Positions 49,724-59,183 of a stretch of 64,000 nt of DNA are shown piece after piece. How positions within the stretch are numbered: the stretch's first letter is position 1; every line of letters begins with the position of its first letter. The DNA comes from an uncultured Erysipelotrichaceae bacterium (GTDB lineage: Bacteria > Bacillota_I > Bacilli_A > RFN20 > CAG-288), in contig CACYCE010000022.1 in the NCBI GenBank assembly GCA_902772915.1, positions 98,353-162,352 of the forward strand. Reading direction: 5' to 3'. The notes below the pieces were generated by a model that saw nothing but the letters and a program-made list of their open reading frames with translations, had not been told where the DNA came from and searched no databases. The translations under genes were made by a program, and so were the position numbers.

Positions 49724-51127
49724 ATGTATTCTAGTTATTTAAAATCTAGACACGACCTTTGTAAAAAGCTCGTATCTACTCTAGAAAAAGATTACGAATA
49801 TGTCTCCGTTTTAGGAAAGCATGTTACCGGTAGTCAAATTAGGGTTACTAGCGCTGCCACTGCAGTTAACGATACCGCTGAGAAACAATGTGGATTTGTC
49901 GTTAAATTATTTAACGGAAAGACTTGTGCGGAATATTCTTTTTCTGACATAAATGAAGATAATTTCGATGAGATTGTTAAAAATATTAAAGAGAAGACTT
50001 CTATCTCAAAAGAACTTTTAGATGAACATGTCAATTTGGGAAAGATGTCAGATGAAAAGTTAGTTAAAGATTTTCAAAGAGAAGTTGAAGATAAAGTTCC
50101 TTCAGTTCAAGAAGCTATCGAAAGATTAACTAAAATTAAAGATGGTTTACACGCTTATTCTGATAAGATTGTTCAAGCTGCAGCAATATTAATTTATTAT
50201 GAAACTAGCGCTTTGTTCATTTCTAAAAACAAGGATTTAACTCAAAATTACACTTGGATTAACGTCATTTCTATGGCGGTTGCTAAAGAAGGAAATAATT
50301 TTAAATCTTCCAGAAACGTCGGAGCGTATAATTCTTTTGAAAAATCTTTTAAGAAGGTTGAAGATGAAATCAATGATACTGCTCAATTAGCTTTAGATTT
50401 ATTACATTCCACTTTAATCGAGCCTGGAGTTTACGATATCATCACCGAGCCTTCTATCACCGGCTTAATTGCTCATGAAGCTTTCGGGCACGGGGTAGAA
50501 ATGGATATGTTTGTTAAAAATAGAGCTAAATCAATGCACTATTTAAATAAGGAAGTCGCTTCACCATTGGTAGAAATGCACGATGGGGCTGCTGCTACTT
50601 TATCTTCAGCGAGCTATTTCTTCGATGATGATGGAGTCTTAGCCCAAGATACTTTAATTATTAAAGATGGTATCTTACTAAGAGGTATTTCTGATGCGGT
50701 CTCCGCTTTACAATTAGGTAGTGTTCCTACTGGTAATGGTAGAAGAGAATCTTACAAGAGGAAAGCTTATACGAGAATGACCAATACTTTCTTTTCTCCT
50801 AAAGCTGACAAGGTTGAAGATATGATTAAATCTATCAAACACGGATATTTATTATGTCAAACATCCAACGGTATGGAAGATCCTAAAAACTGGAATATTC
50901 AATGTGTATGTGAATATGGCAGAGAAATAAAAGATGGTAAATTTACCGGTAAGATTGTTTCTCCTGTAGTCATGTCGGGATACGTACCTGATTTATTAAA
51001 ATCTATATCTATGGTCTCCGACGAAAAAGTTGTTATAGGCTCAGGTCACTGCGGTAAAGGTTATAAAGAATGGGTTACTGTCTCTGATGGAGGCCCTTAT
51101 TTGAAAGCGAGGTGTAAATTAGGATAA
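49724..51127 (+). CDS. tldD: TldD-family metalloprotease
   Basis: HEAFGHGVE (HExxxH) motif typical of TldD. Size 467 aa. Confidence 0.75.
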   Translation: MYSSYLKSRHDLCKKLVSTLEKDYEYVSVLGKHVTGSQIRVTSAATAVNDTAEKQCGFVVKLFNGKTCAEYSFSDINEDNFDEIVKNIKEKTSISKELLDEHVNLGKMSDEKLVKDFQREVEDKVPSVQEAIERLTKIKDGLHAYSDKIVQAAAILIYYETSALFISKNKDLTQNYTWINVISMAVAKEGNNFKSSRNVGAYNSFEKSFKKVEDEINDTAQLALDLLHSTLIEPGVYDIITEPSITGLIAHEAFGHGVEMDMFVKNRAKSMHYLNKEVASPLVEMHDGAAATLSSASYFFDDDGVLAQDTLIIKDGILLRGISDAVSALQLGSVPTGNGRRESYKRKAYTRMTNTFFSPKADKVEDMIKSIKHGYLLCQTSNGMEDPKNWNIQCVCEYGREIKDGKFTGKIVSPVVMSGYVPDLLKSISMVSDEKVVIGSGHCGKGYKEWVTVSDGGPYLKARCKLG

Positions 51128-52413
51128 TGGAACGTTTATTTAAAGTACTTAGAAGCAGAAAAGATATTTCTGATTGGAAAGTAAATATAGTTAAAACATC
51201 CTCTGAAGAATTATTCTACGTCCAAAAGAAATTAGAGACTAATAGAGCAACTGATGTTGAAGATATCTCTGTTACTATTTATGTCGATATAGATAAGAAT
51301 AGAGGTAGTTCAACTTTCACTATCTATCCTTATATGGACGAAGAAGAAATTAATAAGAAAATAGATGAGAATGTCTTCGCTGCGAAGTTCGCCTTAAACC
51401 CCTTCTTTGAGATTCCTTCTAAGCAAGATGTCGAGATAGAAGAATCAAAATCCAATTTAAAAGATAGAGATTTTAAAGATATTATTAAAGATGTAAAAGA
51501 AGCTGTTTTTGAAGCGGATAATTACGAAGATGGTTATTTAAGCGCTACGGAGATTTTCTTATATAAGATCGATACTAGAATCGTCAATTCTAAGGGAATT
51601 GATGTTTCTTACACTTCATATAAAGGCAATATTGAAACTATTCCTTCTTGGAGAAAAGGTGGAGAAGAAGTTGAACTGTACAAGATGATAGAATTCGAAT
51701 CTTTTATAAAAGAAGATATCTATTCTCAAGTTAAAGAAGTTTTAGATTTATCTCACGCAAGAAGTGAAGCTGTTCCTTTAAAAGAAGTTAAACAAGGCAC
51801 TAAAATCATTTTAGAAAATGAGGAAGTCGGTCAATTATTTAATTTCTTCGCTTCTGATTTAACTTACGGAAGAAAATTTCAACGCGTCAATTTAAATGAA
51901 ATAGGTGATTGTGTTCAAGGAGAGAATATCACCGGTGATAAATTAAATTTAAAAGTTGTCCCTTATTATGAAAACGCCATTGGTTCTAGAGCAATCGATT
52001 CAGATGGCGTAGTCTTAAAAGAAGTTTCTTTAATCGAAGATGGTATTGCTAAAAATAGATATGGTGATTATAGATTTGGCTATTATTTAGGAGAGAAAAA
52101 TCCTAAAGGTATGGTTCCTGTAATTGTCGTTTCTAAAGGCAACAAATCTATACGAGAAATGGAAAAAGAACCTTATGTAAGATGCGTGAGATTCTCAGGT
52201 ATGCAACTAGATCCGTTTTCTGGATTTATCGGTGGAGAAGTAAGATTAGGTTTCTATTATGATGGTGAGAAGGAAATACCTGTTACAGGTTTCTCAATTT
52301 CTGGTAATATTCACCAATTGAAAGGAAGTTTAATCTATTCTTCAGAAGAAGTTACTCTCCCTAGATACCACGGCCCTAAATATATAGAAATTAAAGGAAT
52401 GAAAATCATGTAA
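51127..52413 (+). CDS. TldE/PmbA-family protein (partner of TldD)
   Basis: TAATG-coupled to tldD. 428 aa with PmbA-like architecture and no HExxxH. Pairing is inferred from the known TldD/TldE heterodimer. Confidence 0.6.
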   Translation: MERLFKVLRSRKDISDWKVNIVKTSSEELFYVQKKLETNRATDVEDISVTIYVDIDKNRGSSTFTIYPYMDEEEINKKIDENVFAAKFALNPFFEIPSKQDVEIEESKSNLKDRDFKDIIKDVKEAVFEADNYEDGYLSATEIFLYKIDTRIVNSKGIDVSYTSYKGNIETIPSWRKGGEEVELYKMIEFESFIKEDIYSQVKEVLDLSHARSEAVPLKEVKQGTKIILENEEVGQLFNFFASDLTYGRKFQRVNLNEIGDCVQGENITGDKLNLKVVPYYENAIGSRAIDSDGVVLKEVSLIEDGIAKNRYGDYRFGYYLGEKNPKGMVPVIVVSKGNKSIREMEKEPYVRCVRFSGMQLDPFSGFIGGEVRLGFYYDGEKEIPVTGFSISGNIHQLKGSLIYSSEEVTLPRYHGPKYIEIKGMKIM

Positions 52414-52438
52414 AAAGGATGCCCAGGCATCCTTTTTT
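52413..52438. terminator. bidirectional terminator between tldE and gpx
   Basis: AAAAGGATGC-ccag-GCATCCTTTTTT palindrome with A/T runs on both sides. Confidence 0.7.
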
Positions 52439-52457
52439 AGTGGGGATTATCTCTAAA

Positions 52458-52982
52458 TTAGAGAATCTTTTCAACAGCTTCTTTAACAACTTGAACACCT
52501 TGATCAGGTTCGAATCTTTCGATTACCTTACCGTCTCTGTTGATCAAGAATTTGGTGAAGTTCCATTTGATATCATTCTTGTTATTAGATTTTTTAGATA
52601 ACTTACCTAACATCTTCATTTTAAATCCACCTTTGAAAGGAGCTTCTTCTTTTAAGTAAGCGAATAAAGGAGAAGCGTTTTCGCCATTGACATCTAATTT
52701 AGCGAAGATAGGGAAGGTTACTCCGTATCTAGAAGAACAGAATTCGTGAATTTCCTTGTCATCTCCAGGGGCTTGGTTTGCAAATTGGTTGCAAGGGAAA
52801 TCTAAGATCACAAATCCCTTATCTTTAAATTCATCATATAAAGGTTGCAATTCTTTATATTGAGGAGTAAAGCCACAACCGGTAGCAGAATTGATAATTA
52901 AGATAACTTGACCTTTGTATTGCTCTAAAGTTACTTCTTCACCGTTTCCATCTTTCACTTTGAAATCGAATATAGTAGACAT
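52458..52982 (-). CDS. glutathione peroxidase family protein
   Basis: Gpx signature around the active Cys (NSATGCGFTPQY...LDFPCNQFANQAPG). AAGGAG RBS. Confidence 0.9.
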   Translation of the reverse strand: MSTIFDFKVKDGNGEEVTLEQYKGQVILIINSATGCGFTPQYKELQPLYDEFKDKGFVILDFPCNQFANQAPGDDKEIHEFCSSRYGVTFPIFAKLDVNGENASPLFAYLKEEAPFKGGFKMKMLGKLSKKSNNKNDIKWNFTKFLINRDGKVIERFEPDQGVQVVKEAVEKIL

Positions 52983-53232
52983 GTTAATAACTCCTTTTAT
53001 AGTCTTATGTTATATAAAAAATTTTTGATATACAAAAAATATGCTTAGAAATTTTAACATATTTATGTTTTGATAAAGTTTAAGGTTTATAAGGTTAAGA
53101 AAATAATTAAGTTGAGAAAATATATACAAATAAAAATTATAAATATCTATTAAAGCATCCACTTTTTGAAAGATTTTTGTTTAATTATCTTTATTAATGT
53201 TAAGATATTTTTGTAGTGATGGAGAATGTATT

Positions 53233-54381
53233 ATGTCTTTAAATTCAAAAAAATTATTCAGAGAAAAATTTGGCTATGAACCTAGTGAAATGTACTTTTC
53301 ACCCGGAAGAGTAAATCTCATTGGTGAATATACCGATATAGCTGGAGGACACGTCTTACCTATGGCTATTCAATTAGGAATTGAAGCTAGTGTCTCACTT
53401 AGAAAAGATAGAACTGTTAGAGTTTTTTCTTTTAAAGATACAGTCTCTTTCAGTTTAGATAATTTAGAAAAAAATACTAAACATTCTTGGATTAATTATA
53501 TAATTGGTGAATTTTATGAATTAGAGAAAAGGGGAGTTAAAGTTGAGAAAGGTTTTGATATCGCTTTAGATTCTTCTTTACCTGTAGGTTCTGGTTTATC
53601 TTCTTCAGCGTGTTTAGAAGTTTTAATTGGTACTATCATTAATCAACATAGTTTAAAAAAGGTAGAAAAATTAGAAATTGTTAAAGCTAGTAAAGAAAAC
53701 GAGAATGAATTCATGGGTTTATCTTCAGGTATCATGGATCAATTTGCTTGTGAAATGGGCGAAGAAGGTAAATGTATTTTCTTGGATACTAAGACTATCG
53801 AATATAAATTGTCTCCTTTTATCATCCAAGGGCACGATTTAGTTATCATGAACTCTAATAGACCTAGAAAGTTAACCGATTCTAAATACAACGATAGAGT
53901 TAGAGAAATGAAAGAAGGCTTAGAAGATTTAAAACTTTATTTGAATTTTAATTGCGCATGCGATATCTCTTTAGAAGATTTAGAAAAATATAAAGATAAA
54001 ATTAACAATCCATTAAGTTACAAGAGATTGAAACATCTAATTTCCGATAATTTGAGAGTTATTAAAGCTTCTGAATTATTATCTCAAGGTAGAGTTGATG
54101 AATTCTGCAAAGTTTTAAATGAAGGTCATCAATCTGTTTCTAAAGATTTCGAGGTCGCGGGTTTTGAATTAGATACTTTATGTGAAGAAGCTCTTAAAGG
54201 TGGTGCTAAAGGCGCGAGAATGACCGGCGCGGGATTTGGAGGATGCTGCATCTTCGTATCAGAAAAATCTAAGACTAAAGAAATAATGCTTCACGTAGTA
54301 GACGCTTATAGGCAAAAGACCGGTTACAATTGTCAATGCTACATAGCTTCTCCTAATGATGGGGCAAAGAAGATTTCTTAA
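53233..54381 (+). CDS. galK: galactokinase
   Basis: Galactokinase signature PGRVNLIGEYTD and GHMP motif PVGSGLSSSA. ATG 53233 (GGAGA RBS 7 nt upstream) is preferred over the track's 53197. Confidence 0.88.
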   Translation: MSLNSKKLFREKFGYEPSEMYFSPGRVNLIGEYTDIAGGHVLPMAIQLGIEASVSLRKDRTVRVFSFKDTVSFSLDNLEKNTKHSWINYIIGEFYELEKRGVKVEKGFDIALDSSLPVGSGLSSSACLEVLIGTIINQHSLKKVEKLEIVKASKENENEFMGLSSGIMDQFACEMGEEGKCIFLDTKTIEYKLSPFIIQGHDLVIMNSNRPRKLTDSKYNDRVREMKEGLEDLKLYLNFNCACDISLEDLEKYKDKINNPLSYKRLKHLISDNLRVIKASELLSQGRVDEFCKVLNEGHQSVSKDFEVAGFELDTLCEEALKGGAKGARMTGAGFGGCCIFVSEKSKTKEIMLHVVDAYRQKTGYNCQCYIASPNDGAKKIS

Positions 54382-54507
54382 TAATTAATTGAGCTCAGGA
54401 TTGTGAAGTGAGTTTTAATGTGTTTGATGCCTAATCCGATCTAATTATTAAACGATAATAATCTTCTTTTCATATGATTAATACCAGGATGATTCCTTGG
54501 TCACTGC

Positions 54508-54537
54508 CATAGGCATATCCCATGGGATATGCCTATG
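54508..54537. repeat. 30-nt perfect palindrome centred on CCATGG
   Basis: cATAGGCATATCCCATGGGATATGCCTATg is exactly self-complementary. Lies inside the IR-flanked segment. Confidence 0.9.
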
Positions 54538-54652
54538 AGGCTGTCGAGGATAATGTCTCTAAGCGAGTGAATGGTTAAAGAAATCTATCGCATGAATAAA
54601 ACCCCTTATAGAGCACAAAATTCTTAAATTTTATAAAAATTGTGCTGTATAA

Positions 54653-54952
54653 TTGACTTTATATAAAAGAGAGCGTTATTTATCAAAAATAAGAGGCTTT
54701 TACTATGAATGCGACATTATCAAGGTGATTTCAGGAGTTAGGCGATGTGGCAAATCGTCTTTGATGGAAATCATCGCCGACGAGATTTCCTCTAGCGGCG
54801 TTCCAAGCGAAAACATCATTTATTTGAATCTGGATAAAAAGGGTCTCAAGGGAATAATAACTGTACCCCTCCTCCTGTTGTGTTGTCCAGGATTTTGGGT
54901 ACAGTTCACATTAGCTTATAGACAACAGTCCTTTGTTCAATTAGGATATTAG
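54653..54952 (+). pseudogene. truncated N-terminal fragment of a DUF4143-type AAA ATPase
   Basis: First ~64 aa (YLSKIRGFYYECDIIKVISGVRRCGKSSLMEII...ENIIYLNLD) match the N-terminus/Walker A region of ~400-aa AAA+DUF4143 ATPases. The rest (…PLLLLCCPGFWVQF…) is out-of-family sequence. Confidence 0.55.
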
Positions 54953-55121
54953 AAGAAAGTCCAACTTTTGGGTCTCACTTCATTGACCTGAGCTTTTAAA
55001 TTTTAATAGAGTTTCCAAATATTATTAAGTATTTATTAGATAAAAATTAATATATTGTTTATTAATTTTATATGCTTTAATATTATATTATTAGAAACCA
55101 TGAAAGGAGTTAAAGTTTCCT

Positions 55122-55682
55122 ATGGGCATGAAAGATGCGATAATTCATGAAACTATTAATTTATTTAACAAGAAAGGTTATCAATTTACCTTAGATGAAC
55201 TTTCAACTAATTTAAAAATATCAAAGAAGACTATATATAAATATTTTGAAAATAAAGAAGATATCTTCAGAACTTTCATTATTGAATCTTTTAATTCAGT
55301 TCATGAACAACAAAGGGATATTTATAATGATAACGATTTTTCTACTAAAGAGAAGTTAGTAGCGATTTTAACTACCCACTCCAAATATGAAGACTCCTTG
55401 ACCATTGAAAAGACCGCAGGTCTAGAAAATTATTATCCGGAATTATATCAATTGATTTTATCTAGTTATAAAACTGAGTGGGACAATGTCGAATCTTTAT
55501 TAAATAAAGGTATGGAAGAAGGAATCTTTAAAAGAGATTTCAATATTCAAATTGTTAAATACTTTTTGATTAACGGTATGCAAATGATGCATAAAAAAGA
55601 AGTTTTAGATGCTGCTAAAACTAGTTACAGAGAAGGAATATCTCAAATCATTGAAATATTTATAAGAGGCATCAGCGCTTAA
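55122..55682 (+). CDS. TetR-family transcriptional regulator
   Basis: N-terminal HTH (INLFNKKGYQFTLDELSTNLKISKKTIYKYFENKEDIF). 186 aa. Directly upstream of the GH2 gene. Confidence 0.8.
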   Translation: MGMKDAIIHETINLFNKKGYQFTLDELSTNLKISKKTIYKYFENKEDIFRTFIIESFNSVHEQQRDIYNDNDFSTKEKLVAILTTHSKYEDSLTIEKTAGLENYYPELYQLILSSYKTEWDNVESLLNKGMEEGIFKRDFNIQIVKYFLINGMQMMHKKEVLDAAKTSYREGISQIIEIFIRGISA

Positions 55683-55695
55683 TTAAGGAGAAATT

Positions 55696-58600
55696 ATGTT
55701 TAATTTAGATTTGCTTTCTTCGAATGTAGGTAAGGAAAATCTCGAGGATTTTTCTTCTTATCATTCTTCTTTTACATCTAAAAATAACAATCGTCTTTGT
55801 CTAGATGGAAAATGGAAATTTAAATATTTAGAAAAATTTGATGAGAAATATTTGAATATTGATTTCGATCCCTCTTCTTTAGAGGATATTAAAGTTCCTT
55901 CTAATATTGAAATCGAAACCAATTATTCTAAGCCTCAATATTTAAATACTATCTATCCTTTTGAAATAGAAGGGAAAATCAATTATTGGGAAGTTCCTTC
56001 TAATAATCCTTGTGCCTTTTATTATAAAGATATAGAAATAGAAGACATCGATAAAGATATATATTTAGAAATCAACGGATTTGAATCTGCAATCTATCTA
56101 TTTGTCAATTCTAATTACGTAGGTTTTTCTACTCACGGATTTGTCACTAACAAATTTAAAATCGACGAATATTTAAAAAAGGGAAAGAATAGAATTACTA
56201 TTCTTCTATTTAAATATTCTTTAGCATCTTGGATAACTGATCAAGATATGTGGAGATTAACAGGTTTATTTAGATCTATTAATCTTTTGACGTTGAAAAG
56301 AACTCACTTTGAAGATATTGAAATTAAGACTAATCTCGCTTCTAATTTAGATAAAGGCGAATTAGAGTTGAATGTAAAAATTAAAAATCCCGTGAAAAAC
56401 ACGAGAATGTCTATTATTTTAACTTATAAAAACGAAGTTATTTTCTCAGAGGAAAAAGAGGCTAATAAAGAAGTCTTCCACTTTAAAAAAACTGTCGAGA
56501 ATTTGAAATTATGGTCATCAGAGATGCCTAATCTTTACGATTTAACTTTAACTTTAAGTAGAGATAATGAAGAATTAGAAACTTCTAAATTAAATGTCGG
56601 ATTTAGAAAAATTGAAATTAAAAATGGAGTGATACTTCTCAATAATAAGAGAATTATTTTTAAAGGTGTAAATAGACATGAATTCGATTATAAGAACGGT
56701 AGAGTAGTCTCTTCTAGTCTTACTGAATATGACATCCAATTATTAAAGAGAAACAATTTTAACTCTATAAGAACTTCCCATTACCCTGATATCAATGAAT
56801 TCTATGAACTATGTGATAAATATGGAATTTTAGTAATGGACGAAACTGCTATAGAGACTCACGGTACTTGGTCAGATATTTCTCGTCATAATTATAAAGA
56901 TCCTACAGACCACGTTCTTCCTGGCAATGATTCTAAATATTTAGAATTTATTCTAGATAGAGGAAGAAGCATGCTAGAAAGAGATAAGAACCATCCTTGT
57001 ATTGTTTCTTGGTCTGATGGTAATGAATCTTACATGGGTAAGAATCTATTAGCGCTATCTAATTATTTTAGAAAGAGAGATAAATCTCGTTTTGTTCATT
57101 ATGAAGGATGTTCTTGGTTAGCTCCTAAATGGGATGAGATGAGTGATGTAGTCTCGAGAATGTACGCTAAACCTAAAGAAATCGACGCTTATTTAGCTAA
57201 AGATAAATCTAAACCGTACATCCTATGTGAATTTGAACACTCAATGGGTAACTCCACGGGTAATTTTGATGAATATATGGCTCTAACTAAGAAATACGAG
57301 CAATACCAAGGTGGTTTTATTTGGGATTATGTCGACCAAGGTATTTATAAAGACGGTTTGATTCATTATGGAGGAGATTTTAAAGAATATCCTCACGATG
57401 GCAACTTCTGCGCTGATGGTATAGTTAATGCTGATAGAAGTGAAACTAGTAAGATTCACGCGGTTAAATATTATTATCAAGATCTAGTCTTCGATATTTC
57501 TAAAGATGGAGTGAAGATTAAAAATGAAAATAATTTCCGCGATACTTCATATTTAACTTTTGAATATAAATTATTTGAAAATGAAGAATTAGTTTTAAGT
57601 GAACCTTTTGAATTGAATATCGAACCTTCTAAAGAAGAGATTTATAAACTTAAATCTAAATATACCTTTAAGAATGATAAACATTATTATGTTCAAGTTA
57701 GCGCTTATTTAAAAGAAGATACTTTATACGCTACAAAAGGTTACGAATTGATGTACGAAGAAAAATTTATTAAATCCAGTTACATCGAATCAGATAACAT
57801 TTTAGAAAAGGTGGGTAATTCGAAATTGAGAGTTAATACTACACCTCACTTTATCTATGTAGAAGGAGGAGATTTAAAAGTAGTCTTCACTGGTATAGGT
57901 AGAGGTATAGGAGGACTAGAAGCTATCTTCTACAAAGGTAAGAGATATTTATATAATGCTGTCTATCCTACTTTATATAGACCTACTACCGATAACGATG
58001 CAACTTACGGTAAATATTTACAATCTTTCTATTTAGCTTGTTCTTATTATCCCATTTACAATCCTATGAAAAATCCTATTAAGATTGTTTCCCAATCTGA
58101 AGATGAGGTTGTAATAGAAGTTAATTATTCTATGATTAATGGAATTTTATTTAAGAATTTCAAAGTTTTATATACTATATATTCTTCTGAGACTATTAAA
58201 GTAGAATACATCTATAAAAGACCTAGATTATTACCTAAACCTCCTCTAGTAGGCTTGAAATTTAAACTAGATAAATCTATGAATGAATTCACTTATATCG
58301 GCCTAGGTAGAGAAGAGAATTATCTAGATCGTTACAAAGGTCAAAAATACGGCAAATATACCTCTTCAGTTAAAGAAGAATTTGTTAAATATTCTAAACC
58401 TCAAGAATGTGGCAACCATCTTTTCACTAGAATGGTCTCTATTAAAAATGGCGAGGGTAGTTTAGATTTCTATTCGTTGAATAAGAATTTCTCATTTAAG
58501 TATCTAGAGTGGAACGAATTTGAAATTGAAAATGCTTATAGATATGAAAATTTACCTAAATCTAATTTCAATTATTTAACTATCTGCGCCTTTAATAAAG

Positions 58601-58698
58601 GAGTAGGAGGAGACGATTCTTGGGGTGGACCGGTTCACGATCAATATACTTTAAACGAGAAAGAAACTAAGTTAGAATTCTTCATAAAAGTTAAATAA
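55696..58698 (+). CDS. lacZ: beta-galactosidase, glycoside hydrolase family 2 (LacZ-like)
   Basis: 1000 aa. GH2 blocks (NSIRTSHYP, WSDGNESYMG, CEFEHSMGNSTGN ~ E. coli ICEYAHAMGNS) and a C-terminal LacZ small-chain-like domain. Confidence 0.85.
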   Translation: MFNLDLLSSNVGKENLEDFSSYHSSFTSKNNNRLCLDGKWKFKYLEKFDEKYLNIDFDPSSLEDIKVPSNIEIETNYSKPQYLNTIYPFEIEGKINYWEVPSNNPCAFYYKDIEIEDIDKDIYLEINGFESAIYLFVNSNYVGFSTHGFVTNKFKIDEYLKKGKNRITILLFKYSLASWITDQDMWRLTGLFRSINLLTLKRTHFEDIEIKTNLASNLDKGELELNVKIKNPVKNTRMSIILTYKNEVIFSEEKEANKEVFHFKKTVENLKLWSSEMPNLYDLTLTLSRDNEELETSKLNVGFRKIEIKNGVILLNNKRIIFKGVNRHEFDYKNGRVVSSSLTEYDIQLLKRNNFNSIRTSHYPDINEFYELCDKYGILVMDETAIETHGTWSDISRHNYKDPTDHVLPGNDSKYLEFILDRGRSMLERDKNHPCIVSWSDGNESYMGKNLLALSNYFRKRDKSRFVHYEGCSWLAPKWDEMSDVVSRMYAKPKEIDAYLAKDKSKPYILCEFEHSMGNSTGNFDEYMALTKKYEQYQGGFIWDYVDQGIYKDGLIHYGGDFKEYPHDGNFCADGIVNADRSETSKIHAVKYYYQDLVFDISKDGVKIKNENNFRDTSYLTFEYKLFENEELVLSEPFELNIEPSKEEIYKLKSKYTFKNDKHYYVQVSAYLKEDTLYATKGYELMYEEKFIKSSYIESDNILEKVGNSKLRVNTTPHFIYVEGGDLKVVFTGIGRGIGGLEAIFYKGKRYLYNAVYPTLYRPTTDNDATYGKYLQSFYLACSYYPIYNPMKNPIKIVSQSEDEVVIEVNYSMINGILFKNFKVLYTIYSSETIKVEYIYKRPRLLPKPPLVGLKFKLDKSMNEFTYIGLGREENYLDRYKGQKYGKYTSSVKEEFVKYSKPQECGNHLFTRMVSIKNGEGSLDFYSLNKNFSFKYLEWNEFEIENAYRYENLPKSNFNYLTICAFNKGVGGDDSWGGPVHDQYTLNEKETKLEFFIKVK

Positions 58699-58785
58699 AA
58701 ATTTCCTATTGAAAAATATTTCTTATTAAGTTAATATTTATAAGCAGTCTGCTTGGCAAAATCCAAGCGAAAGGAGTAATGCTAA

Positions 58786-58998
58786 ATGAAAAAAGATATT
58801 CATCCTACTTATCATCGTTGCAAGGTCACCTGCATCTCTTGCGGTAACACCTTCGAGACTGGTTCAGTCTTAGATGAAATCAGAGTTGATACCTGCTCCA
58901 AGTGCCATTCTTTCTACACTGGTAAACAAGGTACTATCGTCTCTGATGGTAGAATTGATCGCTTCAACAAGAAGTATCAAGCCAAAACCGGAAAATAA
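58786..58998 (+). CDS. rpmE: 50S ribosomal protein L31 (Zn-ribbon type)
   Basis: [10 protein letters not shown]...CxxC...CxxCH pattern. 70 aa. Confidence 0.95.
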   Translation: MKKDIHPTYHRCKVTCISCGNTFETGSVLDEIRVDTCSKCHSFYTGKQGTIVSDGRIDRFNKKYQAKTGK

Positions 58999-59008
58999 GT
59001 TATTTAAA

Positions 59009-59033
59009 TAAAGCCGAGCAATCGGCTTTTTTT
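59009..59033 (+). terminator. rho-independent terminator of rpmE
   Basis: AAGCCGA-gcaa-TCGGCTT followed by TTTTTTT. Confidence 0.7.
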
Positions 59034-59183
59034 AATTCATAATATATTTAACGAATCACGTATTTATATATTATATTCATTTATTTTGGCTAATTTAGCC
59101 TTATCCTTTTTAATATTATTTACTAAATAAAACTTGATATAATGTATAATATTTTTTGTAACAAATAGGAGTTATAAATACAT

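Larger units (their letters stand above)
54391..54995. mobile_element. ~600-bp remnant element flanked by imperfect 21-bp inverted repeats, carrying a truncated AAA-ATPase gene
   Basis: Left GAGCTCAGGATTGTGAAGTGAG (54391-54412) against the reverse complement of right CTCACTTCATTGACCTGAGCT (54975-54995) gives 18/21 matches. Interior is GC-enriched relative to flanks. No transposase present. Confidence 0.4.

Noticed and set aside
54653-54952. Intact 99-aa protein-coding gene
   Set aside because: Only the first ~64 residues resemble the N-terminus of a ~400-aa AAA/DUF4143 ATPase. The remainder is non-homologous read-through. No RBS. Called as a pseudogene fragment instead.
59033-59183. T-box leader upstream of metG
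   Set aside because: The 150-nt region is almost pure A/T, with no GGTGG...ACC T-box core or specifier-like stem. Only an extended -10 (TGATATAAT) promoter-like element was seen.
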